DNA of 27,744 bases, from NCBI GenBank assembly GCA_046726415.1, contig JBKPAK010000145.1, positions 1-27,744 on the forward strand. The letters run 5' to 3'. Positions within the stretch are counted from its first letter, which is position 1. Each line of letters begins with the position of its first letter. The notes below the pieces were generated by a model. It was not told the origin of the DNA. It made no database searches and saw only the letters and a program-made list of their open reading frames with translations. Made by a program: the position numbers and the translations under genes. Of this stretch, positions 7,153 to 13,875 are shown in pieces. This DNA is from Candidatus Methylomirabilota bacterium. GTDB taxonomy: Bacteria; Methylomirabilota; Methylomirabilia; Rokubacteriales; CSP1-6.

Positions 7153-9576
7153 TCAGCGCGCGGCGCGCGCCGCTCGGATCTGAGCCCACAGGCGGGCTGG
7201 CGTCATGGGAAGTTCGGTGATCCGCACGCCGAGCGGCTTCAGCGCGTCGCTCACCGCGTTGGCCATCACGGCCGGGACGGTCATGGAGCTGGACTCGCCG
7301 AGCCCTTTGGAGCCGAGCGGCGTGAGCGGCGACGGCGATACCACGTGGTCGATCTCGATCTTCGGAGCCTCGGCGGCCGACGGCACGACGTAGTCCATGA
7401 AGCTCGCGGTCAGGCACTGACCGTCCTCGTCGTAGGCCAGCTCTTCGTACAGGGCGCCACCGAGCCCGTGGAGGGCGCCGCCATAGATTTGCCCCTCGGC
7501 GATCATGGGATTGATGATCGTGCCGGCGTCGTGGATCGTCACGTACTTGAGGATCGCGATCTCGGCGGTCTCCGGGTCGACCTCCACGGCCATCACCTCG
7601 GCGATGAAGCCGTACGTATTGGAGGAGTTGACCCGGTCTTCCTCGGTGACGGCCTTGGCCTCGGTGAAGCCGAAGAGCGCCGTAGCTGCCAGGCCGGGCT
7701 CCATGCCATCGGGAAGCGACTCGGTGTTCCAGTGCGCCCGGCCCGCCAGGTCTTTGATGGTGTAGTACGCGCCCTTGTCCGTTTTGAGGCGGACGGCGCC
7801 GTCGCGCAGTTCGAGCTGTCCCGCGGGAATATCCATCAGGTGCGCTGCGTAGTCGACCAGCTTGGCTTTCAGCTTGCGCCCGGCCAGGGCCACCGCGCTC
7901 GTGCCGACGGAGCCGAAGCGACTGGAGTAGGTCCCCGAGGAGATGCTCCAAAGCCGGGTGAAGGTGTCCATCTCGTCAACCACAGTGATGTCGGCCGGGT
8001 CGATTCCCAGCTCGTCGGCGAGAATCTGGGCGACGACGGTCTGGTGGCCCTGCCCTTGGGGCGTCGTGCCCAGCACGGCAGTGAGCCGGCCGAGCGGATC
8101 GATCTTCACCGAGCAGGCTTCGACCGCCCCGGACTTCGGCAGATATTCGGGCTTGGCGCGGAACTGTGGATCGAGCGCGGTCGCCACGTACCCCATGTTC
8201 GAGACGGAAGGATCAACGGCGAGGGCGATGCCAATGCCCACGTAGCGGTGCTCGGCCCGAGCCCGCTCGCGCATGACCTTGAGCTCGTCGTACTTGGCCA
8301 CGTCCAGGGCGCGGTCCAGCGTGGCCTCGAAGTCGCCGCTGTCGTAGAGCCCGCCGGTGGGAGTGCGATACGGGAACCACTCCGCCGGAATGAGATTCCT
8401 CCGCCGCACCTCGGCCGGGTCGAGGCCGAGCGTCTCCGCCAGGAGATCGATCATGCGCTCGGTCTCGAAGTAGAGATGACCGCACGCGTAGCCGCGATTG
8501 GGCCCGGTGAGACTCTTGTTGGTCATCACCGTGGCCGCCTCGACCTCGAGGTTCTCGAAGCGGTAAGGCCCCACGTAGTTGCCGAGCGGGCGATAGGAGC
8601 AGCCAGGCTCGGGGCTGCGGATGTAACCGCCCACGTTGTCGTACCAGCGATAACGCATGCCGAGGATCGTTCCGTCTCGGCGGGCGGCGACCTCTCGATA
8701 GGCGATGCGATCAGTACCGCTGGACGATGCCAGCAGGTGCTCGCGGCGGTCTTCGATCCACTTCACCGTCACCCCGGTCTTCATGGCGGTGAGGCCAATC
8801 AGCGCGATGTACGGGTAGATGCTCGACTTGATCCCGTAGCTACCGCCGATGTCGGGCGGCACGATGAAGCGCAGCCGGTTCTCCGGGAGCTGGAGCACGC
8901 GCGCGACCAGCGGGTGCATGATGAACGGCCCCATGAAGTTCGACCAGATGGTCAGGACGTGCTCGTAGGGATCCCAGCGCGCCACGATGGCGTAGGTCTC
9001 GATCGGCGTGGACCCGTACTTCGGGAACTTGAAGCGCTCGCGGATGACGACCTCGGCGTCCCGAAAGGCCCCGTCGGGGTCTCCGTAGACGAGCCGACGG
9101 CTGTTGGCCACATTGGTTCCGACTGCCTCGTGGAGGACGGGAGCGTCGGGCTCGATCGCCTTCTCGGGATCGAGCACGGCCGGCAGCCACTCGTACTGGA
9201 CGACCGCGCGCTCGGCCGCGTCCTCGGCCGTGTAGCGATCCCGCGCCACCACCACGGCCACCGGCTCGCCCACGAAGCGGACTTTGTCGGTCGCCGCGCA
9301 GTAGTAGCGCACGGGCGCGGTCACGCCGACGCCGAAGGCCTTGGTGCGCTCGGCCACGTCCGCGCCGGTGATCGCCCCAACCACCCCGGGGACGGCGAGG
9401 GCGCCGGAGAGGTCGTAGCCGAGAATGCGCGCGTGAGCATGGGGCGAGCGGACGATCGCCGCGTGATGGACGCCCGGAAACACCTGGTCGTCGAGGTACT
9501 GGCCTCGCCCCGTGAGCAGGTGCGGGTCCTCGACCCGCTTCATCGGCCGTCCGATCCAGCCCTTCTTCGTCGCCAT
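7153..9576 (-). CDS. Xanthine dehydrogenase-family molybdopterin-binding large subunit (HmfA/2-furoyl-CoA dehydrogenase-like)
   Basis: IGRPMKRVED..LTGRGQYLDD, RSPHAHA, DIGGSYGIK, PNRGY, YDSGD, QGQGH, SGTYSSR, GSKGLGES. Start placed at MATKKGWIG (ATG 9576). Subfamily call is from recall. Confidence 0.9.
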   Translation of the reverse strand: MATKKGWIGRPMKRVEDPHLLTGRGQYLDDQVFPGVHHAAIVRSPHAHARILGYDLSGALAVPGVVGAITGADVAERTKAFGVGVTAPVRYYCAATDKVRFVGEPVAVVVARDRYTAEDAAERAVVQYEWLPAVLDPEKAIEPDAPVLHEAVGTNVANSRRLVYGDPDGAFRDAEVVIRERFKFPKYGSTPIETYAIVARWDPYEHVLTIWSNFMGPFIMHPLVARVLQLPENRLRFIVPPDIGGSYGIKSSIYPYIALIGLTAMKTGVTVKWIEDRREHLLASSSGTDRIAYREVAARRDGTILGMRYRWYDNVGGYIRSPEPGCSYRPLGNYVGPYRFENLEVEAATVMTNKSLTGPNRGYACGHLYFETERMIDLLAETLGLDPAEVRRRNLIPAEWFPYRTPTGGLYDSGDFEATLDRALDVAKYDELKVMRERARAEHRYVGIGIALAVDPSVSNMGYVATALDPQFRAKPEYLPKSGAVEACSVKIDPLGRLTAVLGTTPQGQGHQTVVAQILADELGIDPADITVVDEMDTFTRLWSISSGTYSSRFGSVGTSAVALAGRKLKAKLVDYAAHLMDIPAGQLELRDGAVRLKTDKGAYYTIKDLAGRAHWNTESLPDGMEPGLAATALFGFTEAKAVTEEDRVNSSNTYGFIAEVMAVEVDPETAEIAILKYVTIHDAGTIINPMIAEGQIYGGALHGLGGALYEELAYDEDGQCLTASFMDYVVPSAAEAPKIEIDHVVSPSPLTPLGSKGLGESSSMTVPAVMANAVSDALKPLGVRITELPMTPARLWAQIRAARAAR

Positions 9577-9620
9577 GCGCGAGCCTACGCTCCTGACCGA
9601 GAGTGATCGATTCGCAGCCC

Positions 9621-9652
9621 ACCCTACGAAGGCCATCGGGGCGTTGTCAACG
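9621..9652 (-). promoter_or_regulatory. Putative sigma70 promoter for the Mo-hydroxylase gene
   Basis: Minus strand TTGACA (9650-9645), 18 bp, TAGGGT (9626-9621). The -35 sits inside the inverted repeat CGTTG-T-CAACG (9642-9652). Confidence 0.45.
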
Positions 9653-9751
9653 GCTCGCTGCCGACCTGCTGGTGACGACCAGTCCTACCCCTTCTCGATA
9701 CGACGACTCCCCGGCAACCGGCGTGCGATGATGGCCGCGGCCAGCGCGTCC

Positions 9752-9882
9752 TGGCCGTGCGAGCCGCAGGACGGCGTGGGGCTGGGGCCCCCACCGTCCG
9801 AGGCGAGCCGATGATGGCCGTGCGAGCCGCAGGACGGCGTGGGGCTGGGGCCACCGTCCGAGGCGAGCCAATGATGGCCGTG
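9752..9882 (+). repeat. Tandem 63/60-bp REP-like hairpin repeat (2 units + partial)
   Basis: Unit TGGCCGTGCGAGCCGCAGGACGGCGTGGGGCTGGGG(CCC)CCACCGTCCGAGGCGAGCC(G/A)ATGA starts at 9752 and 9815; partial TGGCCGTG at 9875. Each unit has a GGACGG...CCGTCC stem. Confidence 0.9.
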
Positions 9883-9892
9883 GAGGTGTGTC

Positions 9893-10717
9893 ATGCCGTA
9901 CGTCAGGACCGACGATCGGGTGGGAATCTACTACGAGGAGCACGGCACGGGATCACCGCTTGTGCTGGCCTACGGCATCGGCGGCAACGCCGATCACTGG
10001 GATGTGAACCTTCCGTCCCTCTCGGCGCGACATCGCCTGATCCTGTGGGAGCCGCGGGGACACGCGCGGTCCGACAGTCCCGAGGATCCGGCCAAGTACT
10101 CCTTCCACCGATGGGTCCTGGACCTCAAGTGCGTCCTCGACGCGTTGGGGCTGCGCAAGGCCCATGTCGGCGGGCTCTCGCTGGGGGGCGGCATCGCCAC
10201 GCGCTTCACCCTGCGCTTTCCCGCTCGCGTGCGATCGCTGATCGTCACCAACTCCTCGTCGGCCTCGGGCCTTCCCTTGTCGGTCGATTCGCTGCTGATG
10301 CGGGCGCGCAGCATCGAGGTCACCCTCACCAAAGGCATGGACGCCATGGCCGAGTTCGCCATGACCGAGAATCCGAACGTCGCCGCCCGACTGGAGCTGA
10401 ATCCGGGAGCCCGCGAGGAGTTCTACGCCTACTACAGGCGGCTCACGCCCATCGGCTACGCCAACTCGCTGCGGGCGCTGCTGGCTATGGACCACATCAC
10501 CGACGAGCTTCAGAAGATTCGGGTGCCGGTCCTTCTGGTGGGTGGCGACCGCGACCCGTCACTCGCTCCCATGAAGGTCATGCAGCGCAAGATCAAAGGC
10601 GCGCGGCTGGTCGTGCTGTCTCCGGCCAGTCACTTCGCCAACCGCGACCAGCCGGAAGCCTGGAATCGCGCGGTGCTGGCGTTCCTCGACCGGGTCGAGC
10701 AGCGTCCGCGGCGCTAG
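9893..10717 (+). CDS. Alpha/beta-fold hydrolase (enol-lactonase/MenH-like)
   Basis: Nucleophile elbow GLSLGG, PRGHARSD, acid in GDRD, His in ASHF. SD GGAGG at 9882-9886. Confidence 0.9.
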   Translation: MPYVRTDDRVGIYYEEHGTGSPLVLAYGIGGNADHWDVNLPSLSARHRLILWEPRGHARSDSPEDPAKYSFHRWVLDLKCVLDALGLRKAHVGGLSLGGGIATRFTLRFPARVRSLIVTNSSSASGLPLSVDSLLMRARSIEVTLTKGMDAMAEFAMTENPNVAARLELNPGAREEFYAYYRRLTPIGYANSLRALLAMDHITDELQKIRVPVLLVGGDRDPSLAPMKVMQRKIKGARLVVLSPASHFANRDQPEAWNRAVLAFLDRVEQRPRR

Positions 10718-10736
10718 GGCCGCTCTTGCCGACGGG

Positions 10737-11372
10737 CTACGCGCCTTGTTCGCGGCGTCGAGGCGTCCGACGGCGCCGCTCGTGGCTCCGGAGCCCTCGC
10801 TCCCACAGATACTCCTGCTCCCCCAGCCGCCGGGCCACCCAGCGACTGAGGACGAAGAAGAGGTCGCTCAGGCGATTGACGTAGCGCAGGGGCCACTGCC
10901 CAATGGGCTCGACGCGGGACAGCGCGAGCACCTCGCGCTCCGCGCGACGACAGACCGTGCGCGCCTGGTGGAGGAAGGCGTTCACCCGCCCCCCGCCCGG
11001 GAGGATGAACGACTTCAGCGGCTCGAGATCCTTCTGGCACTTGTCCATGAGCTGCTCGAGTGCCGTCACTTCCGCCTGGCCCATCCGGAACATACCCTCG
11101 TAGTGAGCATCGGACGGTGTGGCCAGCTCGCTGCCCAGATCGAACAGCTCGTTCTGAATCCGCCGCAGCGTTTCGTCGAGCCAGCGCGCGTCGTTGGACT
11201 GGTCGATCCTCTCCGCGTTGAAGGTCCGGGCCAAACCGACCGCGGCGTTCAGTTCGTCCACGGTCCCGTAGGCGACGATACGGGGGGAATCCTTCGGGAC
11301 GCGCTTGCCCCCGACCAGCGCGGTGTCCCCCAGGTCTCCGGTGCGCGTGTAGACTCGCGTGATGCTGATCAT
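10737..11372 (-). CDS. pduO: PduO-type ATP:cob(I)alamin adenosyltransferase
   Basis: ITRVYTRTGDLGDTAL, YGTVDELNA, IQNELFDLGSELATP, FILPGG, LHQARTVCRRAER, NRLSDLFFVLSR. Start at MISITR (ATG 11372, GGAGG SD). Confidence 0.93.
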   Translation of the reverse strand: MISITRVYTRTGDLGDTALVGGKRVPKDSPRIVAYGTVDELNAAVGLARTFNAERIDQSNDARWLDETLRRIQNELFDLGSELATPSDAHYEGMFRMGQAEVTALEQLMDKCQKDLEPLKSFILPGGGRVNAFLHQARTVCRRAEREVLALSRVEPIGQWPLRYVNRLSDLFFVLSRWVARRLGEQEYLWERGLRSHERRRRTPRRREQGA

Positions 11373-11522
11373 GCCAACCCTCCGGCGCGGCCGCGCGAGC
11401 GAGAGCGTCACTTCAGAACGCCCGCCGCTCTCGCATTCTACTCGAGAGGCCCGGGCGCGGCGTTCAGTCCTCGGGGTTGCCCGTCGGGTCGGGCGGGGCC
11501 GTCAGCGACGGAAAAGTCGGGC

Positions 11523-11549
11523 GGTCACCCTCCTCGAGCGAGGGTGACC
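11523..11549. terminator. Perfect 10-bp inverted repeat; possible terminator or processing hairpin between glcG and pduO
   Basis: GGTCACCCTC-ctcgagc-GAGGGTGACC. No U-tract directly adjacent; a TTTT lies about 8 nt downstream on the minus strand. Confidence 0.4.
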
Positions 11550-11656
11550 TCCATGAAGCGTGCCCGCTCGCCGATCCCGTGGCCGATGATGCGCAGCCCC
11601 ACGCACCCGGCGGGCTCACCATCGATGCGAACCAGCCAGCAGCCCGGCCACCTGAT
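11525..11656 (-). pseudogene. Internally deleted GNAT acetyltransferase remnant
   Basis: Frame continuing after the glcG TAG reads IRWPGCWLVRIDGEPAGCVGLRIIGHGIGE|RARFMEVTLARGG*. The first part matches GNAT strands (DGEPAGCVxLR..G.GE) and the last part a GNAT C-terminus (ARFME.xL). The acetyl-CoA-binding motif is missing. Confidence 0.55.
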
Positions 11657-12082
11657 CTAGTGGCTCGGAGGAAGCTCCGGATGCCCGGCCGCCGCGTCGG
11701 CGATGGCGTGGTCGTGGTCGGCCGGAACAGCGCCGCTGACGCCAACGGCTCCGACGATCTGGCCGCCTTCCACCACGGGCATCGCGCCCCGGCCGAACAC
11801 GAACTGGTAATCGCCGAGCGTGGCGACGGTGGACGCGAAGAGCTGGCGCGCGCCGGCGAACCGCGCCTCGAGATCGGCCGTCGAGGCGCGGAAGGCCGCC
11901 GCGGCGTTCGCCTTGGCGCGAGCGATCTCGGGAGTGACCCAAAGCGCGCCGTCCATCCGATGGCAGGCGACCAGGTGTCCGCCGTCATCCACGACGGCCA
12001 GCGCGACCTTGAAGCCGAGCTCCTGCGCCCTGGTACAACCGCGGTCGATACACTCCAGCGCCCGCGCCAAGGAGAGCGCCAT
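11657..12082 (-). CDS. GlcG/HbpS (DUF336, PduOC-like) heme-binding protein
   Basis: VAVVDDGGHLVA..RMDGA...EIARAKANAAA-type segment and GQIVGAVGVSG..ADHDHAIA. ATG directly follows the Rieske TGA. Confidence 0.9.
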   Translation of the reverse strand: MALSLARALECIDRGCTRAQELGFKVALAVVDDGGHLVACHRMDGALWVTPEIARAKANAAAAFRASTADLEARFAGARQLFASTVATLGDYQFVFGRGAMPVVEGGQIVGAVGVSGAVPADHDHAIADAAAGHPELPPSH

Positions 12083-12391
12083 TCAGGGCACCTCCACCCA
12101 CACGTCACCGGCCTCGATGCGCACGGGATAGCTGGGCACTGAGTCGCCTCGGGTCGGCATCACGCACGCCCCGGAGCGGACATCGAAGTGCCAGCCGTGC
12201 CACGGGCACGCCAGCCGCGTCCCGCTCAGCTTGCCCTCGCTTAGCGGCCCGCCCTGGTGCGTGCACACGGCGTTACAGGCGTAGACCGCATCGCCGACCC
12301 GGGCCAGCACGACGCGCGTGCCGGCGACGTCCACCAGCCGAAGCTCTCCCGGCGAGAGCTCGTCTAGGCTCGCCACACGGAAGGCGCTCAC
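12083..12391 (-). CDS. Stand-alone Rieske [2Fe-2S] ferredoxin
   Basis: CTH...CPWH ligands (CTHQGGPLSEG...ACPWHGWHFDVRSG), 102 aa, GTG start with GGAGG SD. Confidence 0.93.
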   Translation of the reverse strand: MSAFRVASLDELSPGELRLVDVAGTRVVLARVGDAVYACNAVCTHQGGPLSEGKLSGTRLACPWHGWHFDVRSGACVMPTRGDSVPSYPVRIEAGDVWVEVP

Positions 12392-12425
12392 AGGTCTTCC
12401 TCCGGGCGACTCACCCGGACCGAGG

Positions 12426-13109
12426 TCACAGCTCTTCCTTCAGGACGTAAGCGCGGTAAAGACCCGTCATGTACTGCCAGCGCATCTCGGTAGCCTGACG
12501 CACGGCGTCCACGGCGCGCTCTCGCATGTCGGGGGTGGTGCACGCGCGCTCGACGATCTCGTAGCCGCGCTCACCGTGGACCTCGTCGGCCTCGATGTGC
12601 ACGGCGAAGAACTCCACCTCGTGATCGGTGAAGCCATAGAGTGGTTTCAGCGGCGGCAGGTTGCGGCGATAGATTCCAGGCACCTGGGACTCCAGTCCCA
12701 CCAGGAGGCCAGCTGCCGCCTCGTAGAACGGTTTGTGCGACATTTCGTAGCACCAAGCGGTGAGCGCGCGCGTGGTCGGAAGCTGCCGCGCTCCTTCCAC
12801 CTCGGCCCGGCTCACGCCGCACGCCTCCGCGAAGCGGATAAGCAGGTCCACGTGCTTGGTCCCGGATTCCTCCTCGACGATGTTCTCGAGCAGGAAGTCC
12901 CGCGCCTCGGGATACGGGCACTCGGCGTAGACCCGCGCACACCAGCGCGGGAACTGGCCGACGTATTGATAGTGCTGGGAAGCCCAGGCGCCCAGCTGGG
13001 CTCGCGTGAGCTCTCCCTTCACCCACCTCTCGGTGAACGGGTTGAGGCGACTGTGTCGAGCGTTGACGGCGGCTTCGAGCTGTTTCCGGAAGGCACTCGG
13101 TTCGCTCAT
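12426..13109 (-). CDS. CADD/PqqC-like heme-oxygenase-like dimetal oxidase (HDO; TenA/Thi4/PqqC fold), 227 aa
   Basis: Start MSEPSAF (ATG 13109, GGGAG SD). Motifs NPF..RW.KGELT, ENIVEEESGTKH, LESQVP, FFAVHIEADEVH give E80/H86/E140/H171/D175/H178 as a dimetal ligand set. Confidence 0.85.
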   Translation of the reverse strand: MSEPSAFRKQLEAAVNARHSRLNPFTERWVKGELTRAQLGAWASQHYQYVGQFPRWCARVYAECPYPEARDFLLENIVEEESGTKHVDLLIRFAEACGVSRAEVEGARQLPTTRALTAWCYEMSHKPFYEAAAGLLVGLESQVPGIYRRNLPPLKPLYGFTDHEVEFFAVHIEADEVHGERGYEIVERACTTPDMRERAVDAVRQATEMRWQYMTGLYRAYVLKEEL

Positions 13110-13131
13110 GATGCGTTGTCTCCCTTCACGG

Positions 13132-13782
13132 TCAGGTGACCAATCGCACAATAGCTTCGCGGACCCGCCGCACGTGGCGGACCATGAGCTGCTCGGCTCG
13201 GTTGACGTTGGCGGTCCGCAGCGCGTCGATGATGGCCAGGTGCTCGCGGAGCACGCCCTGCCCACGTCGGCGCCCCACGATCGACATCGTCCACACCGAT
13301 TGGATCTGCTCGCGGATCGCCCCGAGCATCTCCAGCAACTTGGCGTTGCCCGCGCGCTTGGCCAGATACTGGTGGAACTCCTCGCCGAGTCCGCGCACCT
13401 CCGTGTAGGCGACGCCGGCTCCCTTGGCCCGCAACTCCTGGAAGCGTCGCTCGAACTCGACGAGCTCTGCTTCCTCGACACGGGGCCCGGCCAGGCGCAC
13501 CACGAGCGCCTCCAGGGCCTCGCGGATCTCGTACAGCTCGCGGACCTCATTGGGCGAGACGGAGCGCACGAAGGCTCCCTTCTTGGGCACGATGCGCACG
13601 AGCTGGTCGCGTTCGAGCTTGGCGAGGGCCTCGCGCACCGGCGTTCGGCTCACCCCGTAGCGCCGACAGAGGTCGTGCTCGGTCAGCGGCTCTCCGGCGT
13701 CGAACTCCCGGCGGAGGATCGCTTCGCGCAAGGCCTGGTAGACCGTGCGCGCCAGGTATGTTGGAGGTCTGTCCTTGGCCAT
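13132..13782 (-). CDS. GntR-family (FCD domain) transcriptional regulator
   Basis: wHTH VYQALREAIL...EHDLCRRYGVSRTPVREAL; FCD features FHQYL..AGN and EHLAIIDAL. Confidence 0.93.
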   Translation of the reverse strand: MAKDRPPTYLARTVYQALREAILRREFDAGEPLTEHDLCRRYGVSRTPVREALAKLERDQLVRIVPKKGAFVRSVSPNEVRELYEIREALEALVVRLAGPRVEEAELVEFERRFQELRAKGAGVAYTEVRGLGEEFHQYLAKRAGNAKLLEMLGAIREQIQSVWTMSIVGRRRGQGVLREHLAIIDALRTANVNRAEQLMVRHVRRVREAIVRLVT

Positions 13783-13797
13783 GTCTCGCGGGCAAAC

Positions 13798-13827
13798 ACG
13801 TTACACACATCTTGTATACAAAGTCAA
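13798..13827 (-). promoter_or_regulatory. Sigma70 promoter with a GntR-type operator TTGTATACAA in the spacer
   Basis: Minus strand TTGACT (13827-13822), 18 bp, TAACGT (13803-13798). Perfect palindrome TTGTATACAA at 13812-13821 in an AT-rich patch just upstream of the GntR start. Confidence 0.75.
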
Positions 13828-13875
13828 TCGATACGAGTGAGAAACGGCCCCGTCCCGCAAACCCTGCGCAGTGGC

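Noticed and set aside
7153-9576. Aerobic CO dehydrogenase CoxL
   Set aside because: Lacks AYxCSFR (and AYRGAGR); no coxM/coxS adjacent.
7345-9606. Long antisense/alternate-frame ORFs (e.g. 7345-9606 +, 14755-16599 +, 308-1690 +, 13006-14604 +, 24124-25557 +, 25710-27269 +)
   Set aside because: Shadow ORFs overlapping well-supported genes; expected in high-GC DNA and lacking recognisable motifs.
9752-9882. CRISPR array
   Set aside because: The sequence between the repeated TGGCCGTG motifs is itself nearly identical (no unique spacers); only two units and no cas genes.
11373-11656. Cobalamin riboswitch upstream of pduO
   Set aside because: No B12-box or GGGAA..GCCCCCGC core recognised; the spacer is better explained by a GNAT remnant and one hairpin.
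11657-11659. Pyrrolysine/amber read-through of glcG
   Set aside because: The downstream frame is a deleted GNAT fragment, the GlcG domain is already complete, and there are no pyl genes.
12426-13109. True pqqC, tenA or pABA-synthase CADD
   Set aside because: No pqq, thiamine or folate context. It has a dimetal ligand set, but the CADD substrate Tyr/Lys positions appear substituted.
12426-13550. N-terminal extensions in the ORF track (HDO to 13550, amidohydrolase to 19581, oppD to 22633, oppB to 24334)
   Set aside because: They overlap real upstream genes in another frame; family similarity begins only at the downstream starts.
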